Below are positions 36,393-46,792 of a stretch of DNA of 64,000 bases, in pieces (positions within the stretch are counted from its first letter, which is position 1; each line of letters opens with the position of its first letter). The translations under genes were made by a program, and so were the position numbers. The notes beneath the pieces are model-generated. The model saw only the letters and a program-made list of their open reading frames with translations, was not told the origin of the DNA and did no database searches. The stretch is from contig JAVZNR010000009.1 in NCBI GenBank assembly GCA_038882715.1, positions 785 through 64,784 on the forward strand, read 5' to 3'. This stretch comes from Candidatus Bathyarchaeia archaeon (GTDB lineage: Archaea > Thermoproteota > Bathyarchaeia > Bathyarchaeales > DTEX01).

Positions 36393-36722
36393 CTATTTAT
36401 GCTCTAAGCTCTTCCTCTGTATGGATAAACATAGCTCACATAATTTTAACGCTACCCTACTTGAATCAATTTTTCCGGAAACTATTTCTCCCGCCACTTC
36501 GCTCGCAGCCGACTCTATTAGGGGTAGAAAATCCTTAAATTCCTCTAGGTCTTTGACCCCACGCTTTGAACGTAAGTATTGGCTTATGGCCGCTTGCGTT
36601 ATCCCAAGCTTCTTCGCGGCCTCGATCTGCGTGAAACCATGTTTTTCAATAAGCTCCTTAGCTATGTAAGCCCTAAACACTGGAGTGAGGCGGCGCCCAA
36701 TGGACTCGCATGGCAGATACAT
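36393..36722 (-). CDS. small HTH (XRE-like) transcriptional regulator with Cys motifs
   Basis: GFTQIEAAKKLGITQAAISQYLRSKRG is a helix-turn-helix, and PCES...LCELC are Cys motifs. It lies 40 nt or less upstream of thi4 on the same strand. Confidence 0.7.
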   Translation of the reverse strand: MYLPCESIGRRLTPVFRAYIAKELIEKHGFTQIEAAKKLGITQAAISQYLRSKRGVKDLEEFKDFLPLIESAASEVAGEIVSGKIDSSRVALKLCELCLSIQRKSLEHK

Positions 36723-36817
36723 GGTTCCACTCAAGATCAATATAACGAGCTTATAAATTAAATTTTCGTTTCAAAGAATATAAAGGAGAGCTGCTCAGAT
36801 TTTTTAAGGGATAGCAC

Positions 36818-37879
36818 ATGGGAAGCGTGAAGGATCTAGAGGTAATCAAGAAGCCGACCGCTGAAACCATGGGCATAGGTAGATTCCACTTCTCAGACCG
36901 TTACTCGGTTTTTGATTGGGGCGAAATGCCTGATCATATAGAGGGGAAGGGCGCATCCCTATGCCTTATGGGAGCCTACTGCTTTGAAAGACTTGAGGAG
37001 AAAAACATAAGAACCCATTATCGTGGGCTCGTGAACAGCGAGGGGCAGGTTGTCCATTTCGATGAATTGGAAGAGCCAACAAACATTATGGAGATTAACT
37101 TGGTGAACGTGTATAGGCCTAGAGCTTACGTGGAGAACGGCAAACTCAAATACGATTACAGTATCTACACGCCTCGACTGAGAAACTACCTACTACCTCT
37201 AGAAATAATTTATAGGAACGGTTTACCTGAAGGCTCATCCGTCTTTAAAAGGCTTGAACAAGGTCTCATAACCCTGAAAGATTTAGGGTTGGATCACATG
37301 CCCAAGCCCGGTGAACGCCTCTCTAAGCCCATCTTCGACGTTAGCACGAAGCTTGAGGAAGGCGACAGATACGTTAGCTGGGAGGAAGCCCGAAGAATCG
37401 CGGGGCTAACCGAACAGGATGTTGAGGAGATTAAAAACGTTCTTTTAAAGGTTGATGAGACTATAACCGATGTGGCTGAGAGAGCTGGCTTAGTGAATGA
37501 GGATGGGAAAATAGAGCTGGCGTTCGATCCTGAGAGGCGGCTAATGGTTGTCGACGTTGTTGGAACACTAGACGAATGCAGGTTCACGTATAAGGGGATC
37601 CACGTCAGCAAAGAGGTTGCCCGAATATATTACAGGCGGACTGAATGGGCAAAAGAGGTTGAGGAAGCTAAGAGGGAGGCGAGGGAGCGGGGCGTAGAAA
37701 ACTGGAAAACTCTAGTGAAAACAGTGCCGCCAAAGCTGGAGCCCAGACTTAAGGCTCTGATAAGCCAAATGTATATGGCTACGGCAAACGAGATTACTGG
37801 AAGAAAATTCTTTGACGTGGGAAAACTCACTGATATACTCGAAGAGCTACGGGAAATTCTCTTAAACCTCAAGCCATAA
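36818..37879 (+). CDS. purC: phosphoribosylaminoimidazole-succinocarboxamide (SAICAR) synthase, long archaeal form
   Basis: GSVKDLEV...GIGRFHFSDRYSVFDWGEMPD..GKG and YLLPLEIIYRN. Confidence 0.85.
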   Translation: MGSVKDLEVIKKPTAETMGIGRFHFSDRYSVFDWGEMPDHIEGKGASLCLMGAYCFERLEEKNIRTHYRGLVNSEGQVVHFDELEEPTNIMEINLVNVYRPRAYVENGKLKYDYSIYTPRLRNYLLPLEIIYRNGLPEGSSVFKRLEQGLITLKDLGLDHMPKPGERLSKPIFDVSTKLEEGDRYVSWEEARRIAGLTEQDVEEIKNVLLKVDETITDVAERAGLVNEDGKIELAFDPERRLMVVDVVGTLDECRFTYKGIHVSKEVARIYYRRTEWAKEVEEAKREARERGVENWKTLVKTVPPKLEPRLKALISQMYMATANEITGRKFFDVGKLTDILEELREILLNLKP

Positions 37880-37990
37880 ATAAAAACTTATTTACATTAA
37901 TTTTCTTTTTCAGGACATGTTTGCAAGAACAGCTTTCCTCATCTTAAGGCTTAAGTTTTCCATAAGCATTGTATTTTTTGAGGGTTAGGA

Positions 37991-39499
37991 ATGTTTAAGG
38001 GGCCTAAAATCGCTTTTATAGGTGCTGGCAGCGCCAGATGGACCAGTAGGATTCTTGTTGACATATTTTTAAACGAGGGTTTACGTGGCTCCGAGATATG
38101 GCTTATGGACATCGACGACTATAGGCTCGGCATAATATCAACCTTGGCTAAGAGATATGTTGAGGAGTTAAATATATCGGTGAAAGTTTACGCGACGAAA
38201 GACAGAATAGAGGCGGTGAAGGACGCTGACTTCATTATATCTACGGCTCTGCCTAAAGGATACTTATACTACGAGAAGATGAGGGATTTGTCTGAGGAGC
38301 ACGGGTATTATAGGGGAATCAACAGCGTCGAATGGAATTACGTCGGAGACTACCATACGATATGGGGCTACTACTTATTTAAGCTTCATTTAGATATAGC
38401 TAGAGACCTTGAGGAGCACGCTCCAAACGCATGGTTCCTTATTGTCTCAAACCCCGTTCTTGAACTCACAACTCTCGTTGGCAGAGAAACAAAAGTTAAA
38501 GTCGCCGGAATATGCCACGGCTTCCTAGGCTATAGGGCGGCCATAGACGTTTTAGCCATGCGTCTAGCCAAGGAGAAGCTGGGTAAAAACGTGACCCCAT
38601 ACTATGCGGCTCATATGCCTGAAGGCTGCGAGGAGGCGATGAAGCTCGTAGATATGAGAGAAGTTGAAGTCGATATGATGGGATTAAATCACGTCCTATG
38701 GTTGACCAATTTTAGATATAAGGGTGAAGACGGATACAAGTACTTAGATGACTGGATTAAAGAGAACTCTGAAGAGTATTGGGCTGTTTGGAGAGAACAT
38801 ACGACAAGCCCATGGGATCTGGATCTATGCCCAGCAGCCATAGACATGTATAGAATTTACGGTTACCTCCCAATAGGGGACAGCGCCCGCGGAGGAACAT
38901 GGAAATACCATTGGGACCTAAAGACTAAGCAGTACTGGTATGGACCTTACGGCGGCCCTGACTCAGAGATAGGCTGCGCCATAAGAATACTGCAGGTTAG
39001 GAGAAATCTGGAGGAGATGAGCAGGATAGCCTTCGACTCCTCGAAACCTGTATCGCAGGCGATACCGCCCAAGCCCAGCGGTGAAGTCATAGCCACGCTA
39101 ATTGACTCAATCCATAATAATAGGAAAACCGATAGCTATGAGATGCTGTTCTTTGGAAACAAGGTTATGGCCCCCATATACGTAAACTTGCTGAACAAGG
39201 GAGCTATACCTAATCTTCCAGAGAACATAGCCGTCGAAACCCAGGTAGTTGTGGATGGAAAGGGCATTCACCCGATACCTAAAGGCGCAATCCCGGATAA
39301 ACTCTACAAGTACGTTATGCTGCATAGGATAATGAGGGCTGAATGGGCTATAGAAGCCAATTTAAAGGGCAGTAGAGAAACGCTCATCCACTGGCTCATA
39401 ACGGACGTAAGAACCAAAAACATGAAGCAGATAAATGACGCTATAGACGCTATACTGAATCTTCCGGAGAATACTGAAATGGCAAAACATTTCAGCTGA
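37991..39499 (+). CDS. GH4 family NAD-dependent glycosidase (alpha-glucosidase/galactosidase-like)
   Basis: KIAFIGAGSARWT Rossmann start, SNPV, and AGICHGF. Confidence 0.8.
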   Translation: MFKGPKIAFIGAGSARWTSRILVDIFLNEGLRGSEIWLMDIDDYRLGIISTLAKRYVEELNISVKVYATKDRIEAVKDADFIISTALPKGYLYYEKMRDLSEEHGYYRGINSVEWNYVGDYHTIWGYYLFKLHLDIARDLEEHAPNAWFLIVSNPVLELTTLVGRETKVKVAGICHGFLGYRAAIDVLAMRLAKEKLGKNVTPYYAAHMPEGCEEAMKLVDMREVEVDMMGLNHVLWLTNFRYKGEDGYKYLDDWIKENSEEYWAVWREHTTSPWDLDLCPAAIDMYRIYGYLPIGDSARGGTWKYHWDLKTKQYWYGPYGGPDSEIGCAIRILQVRRNLEEMSRIAFDSSKPVSQAIPPKPSGEVIATLIDSIHNNRKTDSYEMLFFGNKVMAPIYVNLLNKGAIPNLPENIAVETQVVVDGKGIHPIPKGAIPDKLYKYVMLHRIMRAEWAIEANLKGSRETLIHWLITDVRTKNMKQINDAIDAILNLPENTEMAKHFS

Positions 39500-39693
39500 C
39501 AAGTAGCCAAATTTACATTAGCTACCAAAATTTTTAAGCCAAAATTCGAAAATTTTAAAAAGAAACATTATATTTTTTCTTTCGCTCATGGCGGAAGCGG
39601 CCGTCACTGTACTCGGAGCGATATGGATATTTATTCGTTCTAATGAGCCTTGTCCTGTTACCTTCGCTGCAAGGAGACTTAGATAAAAGATAA

Positions 39694-40497
39694 CTAAGAT
39701 AGGAGTTTAGAAAACTCAAATTTTTGTTTGAGCCTCGGCACATCAGCTATAAGTCTTTTTGTGTAGGGATTCTGAGGGTTAAACACTATACTCTCGGCCG
39801 ATCCCTGCTCCACGATTCTCCCTTGATGCATTACAAGTATTCGGTCACATATATAAAAGGCTTGGCTTATATCGTGGGTTATAAATATCATGAGCTTATT
39901 GTGATTTTCACTCAAATCTTTGAGGATGTTAAGTATCATTACTCTCAAGGAAGCATCTATCATGCTGGTCGGCTCATCCGCCAGGATTATGTCTGGATCA
40001 ACTAATAAACAATTCGCCAATAGTATTCTCTGCAATTGACCCCCACTTAACTCATCAATGTGTTTATCAAGAACATCCACCTCAAGGTTCACCAATTCAA
40101 TAACTTCTTTAATGCGCTTTTTTATCTCATCCTTGGGCATACCTTTAAGTAGATTGGAGGAGTTGGCGAACAAGTGTTTAACTCTATATACTGGGTTTAT
40201 TGAAGAGTAGGGGTCTTGGAAGATCCCTTGAACATGCCTATAATATTGTTTATTAGGTATTTCCCATATGTCTTTATCCTCAAAATATATTGCGCCGCTG
40301 GTCGGTTTTAACAATTTGAGTATCATCTTCATAAGGGTTGTTTTTCCACTCCCACTCTCACCTATTATTCCAACTATTTCACCAGACCTACAGGAGAAGT
40401 TAACATTATTTACTGCAACTATCTCATTTCTACGCCTTATGAAGCCGGTTGAAAATACTTTCGTTAAATTCTCAACTTTAAGCAGGTCTTGAGCCAT
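39694..40497 (-). CDS. ABC transporter ATP-binding protein (short DppF-like), locus 2
   Basis: GESGSGKTT, LSGGQLQR, and ILADEPTSMID. Confidence 0.9.
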   Translation of the reverse strand: MAQDLLKVENLTKVFSTGFIRRRNEIVAVNNVNFSCRSGEIVGIIGESGSGKTTLMKMILKLLKPTSGAIYFEDKDIWEIPNKQYYRHVQGIFQDPYSSINPVYRVKHLFANSSNLLKGMPKDEIKKRIKEVIELVNLEVDVLDKHIDELSGGQLQRILLANCLLVDPDIILADEPTSMIDASLRVMILNILKDLSENHNKLMIFITHDISQAFYICDRILVMHQGRIVEQGSAESIVFNPQNPYTKRLIADVPRLKQKFEFSKLLS

Positions 40498-40502
40498 ATG
40501 CA

Positions 40503-41471
40503 TCACCCATATAACCAGCATGCAACGAACCTTCCAGGCTTAACTTCTATTGATGGGGGTTCCTCATCTTTACATTTTCCCATGGCGTCTGGACATCTCT
40601 CAAAGAACCTGCAGCCTTGTGGTGGTTTAACTAGCTGTGGGGGCGTTCCTGAAATGCTTTTCAGTCTCTGCTCCCTTATCTCTGGCTGAATTGTTATTAC
40701 CGCGTTTAGCAGAAGCTTTGTATAGGGGTGAAATGGATGATCTATGATCTCATCTATTGGCGAAGATTCCACTATTTTACCAGCATACATTATGTATATT
40801 TGATCACATATTTGCCTTAAACTTGCTATATCGTGGCTTATAACTATCAGTGAACCCACAATCTTATTTTTCACGATATAAAGCAACAGTTCTAGAAGAA
40901 GCTTTTGTGTTGAAACATCAAGTGCTGACGTGGGTTCATCAGCAACCAATAACCTTGGGTTTAACAGCGTTGAGATCGCTATAACGGCGCGTTGCTTCAT
41001 TCCACCACTTAACTCGAAAGGATACATGTCTAGCACACTTGCCGAGAGCCCTAGCTCTTTAAACCTGAGCCCCGCTTTTTTCAGCACCTCATCCTTAGAC
41101 ACCCTTTTCGATTGAAATTTCTCCTTCATAGCGTCCACTATAAAGTCTGAAATTTTAATGGTTGGGTTTAAAGAGTTCATTGAGTATTGTGGAATCATTG
41201 CAACCAATGACCCCCATAAAGATTTTCTTTTGCTCCAGGGAAAATCATAAATATTTATCCCATCAATCATAACTTTTCCTTCAATCATTTTTAATGGTGG
41301 CTTATCGTATCCGATCAACAGTTTTCCAAGCGTGGATTTTCCACAGGCAGATTCCCCAGCAATACCAGCTATTTCTCCCTCTTTAACCTTCAACGAGCAG
41401 CCATCTACAGCGCGAACATATCCCTTTGACGTATTATAGTAGCCTTTAATGTTTACGGCTTCAAGCAGCAT
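40503..41471 (-). CDS. ABC transporter ATP-binding protein (DppD-like), locus 2
   Basis: GESACGKST, LSGGMKQR, LVADEPTSALD, and C-terminal GCRFFERCP. Confidence 0.9.
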   Translation of the reverse strand: MLLEAVNIKGYYNTSKGYVRAVDGCSLKVKEGEIAGIAGESACGKSTLGKLLIGYDKPPLKMIEGKVMIDGINIYDFPWSKRKSLWGSLVAMIPQYSMNSLNPTIKISDFIVDAMKEKFQSKRVSKDEVLKKAGLRFKELGLSASVLDMYPFELSGGMKQRAVIAISTLLNPRLLVADEPTSALDVSTQKLLLELLLYIVKNKIVGSLIVISHDIASLRQICDQIYIMYAGKIVESSPIDEIIDHPFHPYTKLLLNAVITIQPEIREQRLKSISGTPPQLVKPPQGCRFFERCPDAMGKCKDEEPPSIEVKPGRFVACWLYG

Positions 41472-41499
41472 TTTTCATCCAACCCACGCATTTATTTAA

Positions 41500-42336
41500 C
41501 TAGCCTCTTCTGGCCCTCGGATTATATATTTGTTCAAGCCCATCGTTTATTAGGAGAAGCGAGAGAGTGATCAGCGTTATTGAAAGCCCGGCTGGAATAA
41601 ACCACCACCATGCCCCGTAGCGGACGGCTTCCCACACTATTGCCCAACGTAGTAACATGCCCAGAGACACTATTGCTGTAGGCCCTAGGCCTATCGCGCT
41701 TAAACCAGCTTCAGAGCCTATGGCTATGGCAATGTTAAGAACAAAGTACATCACAAGATAGGCCATCATGTTAGGCAATACCTCAAAGAATAAAATTTTA
41801 AGTTTACCCATCCCGGAAAGCTTCGCGAGATCTACAAAGTCCCGCGTTTTTAGACTGAGAACCTGGGATCTTATGCTACGCGCCATAGCGCCCCACGCCG
41901 TGCTACTTATGAGCAGTATAATAACCCATTCGGAGCGCTCTCTGAAATAAGCCGCGATAACTATTAGGAAAGCGATCGTTGGAATAGTTAAAACAACATT
42001 CGACGCCAAATTTAGGATCTCATCAACTATGCCACCAAAGTATCCGCCTATACCGCCTATTGCCACACCGATAACAGTAGTTATGAGCGCCGCCATTATG
42101 CCTATCTTAAGCGAGTATCTGGTGCCGCATATTAATTGAGCAAGTATGTCGCGGCCTAAAATATCTGTCCCTAAAGGATGCTCTAATGAGGGGGACATGA
42201 GTGAATCAAATTGCGGCTTTAACGGATCAACTGGGTATAGTAAGCTGCCCAGAGTGGCGAGAAAAACGAAAAAAGAGAATATTGCTGTTCCAATAAGAAG
42301 CTTGGGTGATCGCCTATACAACTCTTTTACTCTCAT
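41500..42336 (-). CDS. Opp/Dpp-type permease (DppC-like), locus 2
   Basis: SPSLEHPLGTDILGRD and 6 TM helices. Confidence 0.9.
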   Translation of the reverse strand: MRVKELYRRSPKLLIGTAIFSFFVFLATLGSLLYPVDPLKPQFDSLMSPSLEHPLGTDILGRDILAQLICGTRYSLKIGIMAALITTVIGVAIGGIGGYFGGIVDEILNLASNVVLTIPTIAFLIVIAAYFRERSEWVIILLISSTAWGAMARSIRSQVLSLKTRDFVDLAKLSGMGKLKILFFEVLPNMMAYLVMYFVLNIAIAIGSEAGLSAIGLGPTAIVSLGMLLRWAIVWEAVRYGAWWWFIPAGLSITLITLSLLLINDGLEQIYNPRARRG

Positions 42337-43400
42337 TATTTTTCACCCCTATAAGTTATGCGTATGCGCGGGTCAATCCAAGCGTAGAAAACATCCATGA
42401 GGAAATTACCTATTATTGTAACGGTCACTATCATTAGGAAGCCACCTTGAATCAACGGATAATCTTGCCCAATCACCGCGGAATACAGTAGGGCCCCTAT
42501 GCCCGGATACCCGAAAACAACTTCAGTAACCAGCTGTCCCCCGAAGGCGGATGCAAAATATATGGGTAACCCTGTTATTTGAGGCAGCATAGCGTTTTTA
42601 AAAGCGTAGGAGAGAAGCTTTTTATCGCTGAAGCCGAGGGATTCGGAATAATTTATATATTCAGAGTTTATCTCATAGATTAAAAGGGACCTCATTCCCA
42701 CAGCTTCTCCCCCAATATATGGTATCGTAACCGAGATAAACGGCAGCGCATAATGCTTAAGCAAATCTAAAATGAAAGTTAATGATAGGGAAGGATTAAG
42801 GGTCTTTGTATACGCGCCTCCGGGTGGGAAAATTCCAGCATGAAAACTTAGCACATATATTAGTGCTAACGCAAGCCAGTAATATGGCATTTGAGAAGCA
42901 AAAAGCGAGAGCGGATAGAGAATCTTATCGAAGATACCCCTTCTATACGCCGCTAAAGCCCCCAAATAATTTCCTAGGATCCAACCCACTATAATCGCCG
43001 GCATTAGTAGAGCTAGACTCCACGGTAAACTCTGCATGAGCAAATCGCTTACCCTTGTGGGATAAAACCTTATTGAAACTCCTAGGTTAAAGGTTAAACA
43101 ATTTTTGAGGAAAGTTAAATACTGTATTATCGGAGGCTGATCCAAACCAAATTCTTTCACCCAGTATTCATATAATCTCTTAACCTGCACCTCCGTTAGC
43201 CCAGGTACCGAGGTGCCTCCACCCTTCGCTCCAGCAGCAATTATTTTAAGCGCCTTCTCGCGAACCGGGTCTCCAGGCATTAAATGAGGAAGAAGCCATA
43301 CGAAGGTAAGAGCAAGATAAAAAGTTGCTACGTAAACTATTATTTTCCGCTTAAAAAAATTGTATAGGGGAGAGGAAAATTTCGCTCTCATTGAAGCCAT
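42336..43400 (-). CDS. Opp/Dpp-type permease (DppB-like), locus 2
   Basis: Polytopic, with LLPHLMPGDP and YSESLGFSDKKL in the EAA region. Confidence 0.88.
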   Translation of the reverse strand: MASMRAKFSSPLYNFFKRKIIVYVATFYLALTFVWLLPHLMPGDPVREKALKIIAAGAKGGGTSVPGLTEVQVKRLYEYWVKEFGLDQPPIIQYLTFLKNCLTFNLGVSIRFYPTRVSDLLMQSLPWSLALLMPAIIVGWILGNYLGALAAYRRGIFDKILYPLSLFASQMPYYWLALALIYVLSFHAGIFPPGGAYTKTLNPSLSLTFILDLLKHYALPFISVTIPYIGGEAVGMRSLLIYEINSEYINYSESLGFSDKKLLSYAFKNAMLPQITGLPIYFASAFGGQLVTEVVFGYPGIGALLYSAVIGQDYPLIQGGFLMIVTVTIIGNFLMDVFYAWIDPRIRITYRGEK

Positions 43401-43412
43401 CTGACCTCCGCC

Positions 43413-45383
43413 TCAACCCTTAATTTTTCGCGTAAAGAGTAAAACCACTAGCACTATTATTAGGATTACTATGTTTAGCCCTACTAGAATTGTTAACCAC
43501 ATTTGTAGATCGCGAACCATTGACGCTAGATTTTCCACGCTTATTGAAAGAGAGTTCACCGCGGTATTTAGTGCTAATGTGGCATTATAGATGGACGCTA
43601 TTGTTTCCTCCATCTCTTCAGGTATTGATGGCGGCAATGGTATTGTTGGAGCAGCCGTTGACTTCAAGTGTAATAGCACGTTAAGGAATCCTGGATTGCC
43701 CTGCTCATCGAACGGGTACGGATTGCTCTCCGTTGGCCAACCGCTCCAATATTTTGTTTGAAAACCAAATTCATATCCCCACACGCCAACAGGTATTGCT
43801 GGCAGATCCTTAGCAATAATTTTCTGAGCTTTCCCCATAAGCTCTTTAAGAACGGGTTTAACTTCTGGGTCCAAAGGATTCGGATATTTGGCGAGCTCAT
43901 CTCTTATTGAGCATAGCTCATCGTTCCTATATCTTAGAGGAGAACCCTCTATCATAGGCCATGAGGGGTAGCGGTAATCGAAGACACCTAGGAAGGCCCA
44001 TAAGCCAGAGGGGCTCCATGCGCTCGTTGAATATGTCATAGTGTCATAGTCGCCCGCTCGAACTCTTGACTCCCAGACCGAATAATCAAGGTGCAATGCT
44101 TCCACATATATGCCAATCTCAGTAGCATATGTCTTAAATAATTCATTAACAGCCATCCAATCCGTCCAGCCTTCAACATCGATTGTTGTAAGCGTTACAG
44201 GAGTCCCGTCCGGTAGATCCCTTATTCCGTCTCCATCACGGTCTACTATGTTGGCTTCGTCTAGAATTCTTTTCGCTTTATCGGGATCATAGGCGAATGT
44301 GTAGTCGCGCACCACCTCTTCATCTCTTAGGAAAGCTAGTGGGCTATCTGGCAAGATGAATGTTGGATCATTTATCGGCACAGCTAATTCAAAGAAGCCT
44401 CGCTCACACATTATTTTCCGGTCAATCGCGTAGGCTAATGCCATCTTTATCCTAGAATCGTATTCACCGAATCGCTCTCTGAATCGTTCATTGTTTATTG
44501 CTATAAAGTTTACCCGCACCGGATAAGGCGATACGAACGGTGGTTCTGTAAACCATGAGAAGACGCCGTATTTCTGCATATCTTTCCATCCCGGAGCTAT
44601 AGCGGATAGCCCGTCGACGACGGCGAGCGAAATCATCCTATTGGTTTCCTCGTTGCCAGTAGACGGAATATAGATCAAGTACTTTGGTTCAGGAAGACCA
44701 AAATATTTTCTACCCCACCACTCATCCCATCGCTCCTTAATTATCCTAGTAGGTTCCCATTTTAGGAGCTTGTAGGGTCCAGAGCCTATTGGTGACTCAA
44801 AAGTAAACTCAGTTATACTCTTATATTCTTTCTCCGCTTCCTTAAAGATATGTTTAGGAATAATCCAACCAAAACACAGCGTTTCATAAATCGAAACTTT
44901 AAATGGCAGGGATTCATTAACGTAGAAGCGAATAGTGTGCGCATCAACAGCCTCGATTTTCTTTAGGGATGGCCACATAGCTAGCGCTACTGCCCCTGTT
45001 TCAGGATACCTTTTCGGCAGCTCATAGCTATATATGATGTCCTCAGAGGTTAATGGAGTCCCATCCTGCCAATAAGCATCCTTCAATTTTACTTCAAGAG
45101 TGTATTCATCGACCCATGCGGGTAGACCATCAGCTATCCATGGAATCAACCCAAATTTTATGTTATCAAAAATGTATAGGGTCTCAAATATTCCCATATG
45201 CCAGACGGACCAGGCGTCTGGGCTATAAGGGTTAAAGTTTGGTCCAGGCAATGTTGCCGTTCCTTCCTCTTCAGTAATTATTAGGCATTCTTCACGCTTT
45301 AGCTCTTGGGCGAGAATCGGCTCCATGCTTAGGATGGAGAATAGCAGCAAAATCAGTGTAAAAAATAGAAATCTTCTCTTCAT
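43413..45383 (-). CDS. family-5 solute-binding protein with C-terminal stalk and TM anchor, locus 2
   Basis: Signal helix, GSGPYKL, WQDGTPLTSED, and a C-terminal TM helix (ILVGLNIVILIIVLVVLLF). ATG 45383 follows GGAGGAAG. Confidence 0.85.
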   Translation of the reverse strand: MKRRFLFFTLILLLFSILSMEPILAQELKREECLIITEEEGTATLPGPNFNPYSPDAWSVWHMGIFETLYIFDNIKFGLIPWIADGLPAWVDEYTLEVKLKDAYWQDGTPLTSEDIIYSYELPKRYPETGAVALAMWPSLKKIEAVDAHTIRFYVNESLPFKVSIYETLCFGWIIPKHIFKEAEKEYKSITEFTFESPIGSGPYKLLKWEPTRIIKERWDEWWGRKYFGLPEPKYLIYIPSTGNEETNRMISLAVVDGLSAIAPGWKDMQKYGVFSWFTEPPFVSPYPVRVNFIAINNERFRERFGEYDSRIKMALAYAIDRKIMCERGFFELAVPINDPTFILPDSPLAFLRDEEVVRDYTFAYDPDKAKRILDEANIVDRDGDGIRDLPDGTPVTLTTIDVEGWTDWMAVNELFKTYATEIGIYVEALHLDYSVWESRVRAGDYDTMTYSTSAWSPSGLWAFLGVFDYRYPSWPMIEGSPLRYRNDELCSIRDELAKYPNPLDPEVKPVLKELMGKAQKIIAKDLPAIPVGVWGYEFGFQTKYWSGWPTESNPYPFDEQGNPGFLNVLLHLKSTAAPTIPLPPSIPEEMEETIASIYNATLALNTAVNSLSISVENLASMVRDLQMWLTILVGLNIVILIIVLVVLLFTRKIKG

Positions 45384-45508
45384 ATAATCTTCCTCCAATG
45401 ATAAGAGCATAATTATACTCCTTATAAATTTTTTTAATGATATTGAAAAATTTTAAAAGTGAAAAATACATACATTTCACCTTAACTTAACTTTAGGTGG
45501 GTTAATAA

Positions 45509-46744
45509 ATGGTGTCCGCGTTAGCAATTAAGGGAGGCGAAAAAATTAGGGTTAGAAAGTGGCCTTCTTGGCCGGTTTTCGATGAGAGGGAGGTCAAGGC
45601 TGTTGAGGAGGTTGTGAGGAGCGGATATTGGGGTGGAGGTGTCGGTATAAGCGGGCCTAAGGAGGCTGAGTTTGAGGAAAAGTTTTCTAGGAGCCATAGC
45701 TGCAAATATGGCATATGCGTCGCTAATGGCACAATAGCGTTGCATGTCGCCCTATTAGCTGCTGGCGTCGGTCCCGGCGACGAGGTTATAGTTCCAGCGT
45801 TAACTTTCTGGGCTACTGGAAGCGCCGTTCTGATGGCTGGTGCTACGCCAGTTATAGTCGATGTTAACCCCGAAACATATTGTATGGATGCCAACGCTGT
45901 TGAGGAAGCCATCACAGATAGAACTAAAGCTATTATCCCAGTCTATAATTATGGCTCGGCCCCAGACATGGATAAACTGCCTAAAATATGTAGAGAGCAC
46001 GGCTTAGTGTTAGTAGAGGATTGCGCTAGGGGTCACGGCTTCGTTTGGAGGGATAAGCCGGCGGGCTCTATAGGGGACATGGGCTGCTTCAGCTTCCAGC
46101 AAGGTAAGTTTATGACCGCTGGCGAAGGAGGCATAATAATCACCAATAACAAGACTTACGCTGATAGATGCTATGCCATAAAGGATTGTGGAAGGTTAAG
46201 GGAGGGGGGCATCGCCGGGGAGGGTATAGAACCGACAGAAATAATCAACTGGTATAATTATAGGATGACGCAGATTCAGGCAGCAATCCTTCTGGTTCAG
46301 CTTGAGAGGCTTGAGGAGCAGCTTAATGTTAGGCAGAGGAACCAAGTTTACCTAGATAAAAGACTTAAGGAAATTAATGGTGTAGAGCCAGTTAAAGTGG
46401 ATGGGCGATTAACTAAACATCAGCCTTGGCCATACTGCTTTAAATACGATTCGAAATGTTTCGGCGGTGTTCCACGCGACAAGTTCATCATGGCTTTAAG
46501 GGCTGAGGGCATACCTTGCGGTAAACCGCACCCACCGCTCCACATGGCGTTACACTTCCCGAAGTGGAGTGAATCCTATAAAAGATACGTGGAAGCTAAG
46601 CCTAGCTTCCCAGTTTCTGAAAAAGCCTATAATGAAGAAGCCGTCGAATTACCTCAATACTTATTCCTAGGAACAAGCGAAGACATGGATAACATAGCCG
46701 AAGCCATACTAAAAATAAAGAAAAATGCTGGTGAACTAGCTTAA
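45509..46744 (+). CDS. DegT/DnrJ/EryC1/StrS-family PLP-dependent aminotransferase
   Basis: ANGTIALHVAL, VIVPALTFWAT, and FSFQQGKFMTAGEGG (PLP Lys). Confidence 0.85.
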   Translation: MVSALAIKGGEKIRVRKWPSWPVFDEREVKAVEEVVRSGYWGGGVGISGPKEAEFEEKFSRSHSCKYGICVANGTIALHVALLAAGVGPGDEVIVPALTFWATGSAVLMAGATPVIVDVNPETYCMDANAVEEAITDRTKAIIPVYNYGSAPDMDKLPKICREHGLVLVEDCARGHGFVWRDKPAGSIGDMGCFSFQQGKFMTAGEGGIIITNNKTYADRCYAIKDCGRLREGGIAGEGIEPTEIINWYNYRMTQIQAAILLVQLERLEEQLNVRQRNQVYLDKRLKEINGVEPVKVDGRLTKHQPWPYCFKYDSKCFGGVPRDKFIMALRAEGIPCGKPHPPLHMALHFPKWSESYKRYVEAKPSFPVSEKAYNEEAVELPQYLFLGTSEDMDNIAEAILKIKKNAGELA

Positions 46745-46792
46745 AACCGAAATTAACCTTCTAGAGCTGAACCCTCTTACCTCCATATTATT

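Noticed and set aside
39555-39743. 62-aa track ORF in the gap between GH4 and ABC locus 2
   Set aside because: It overlaps the 3' end of the ABC ATPase gene, has no RBS, and has an odd Ser/Arg/Tyr-rich composition.
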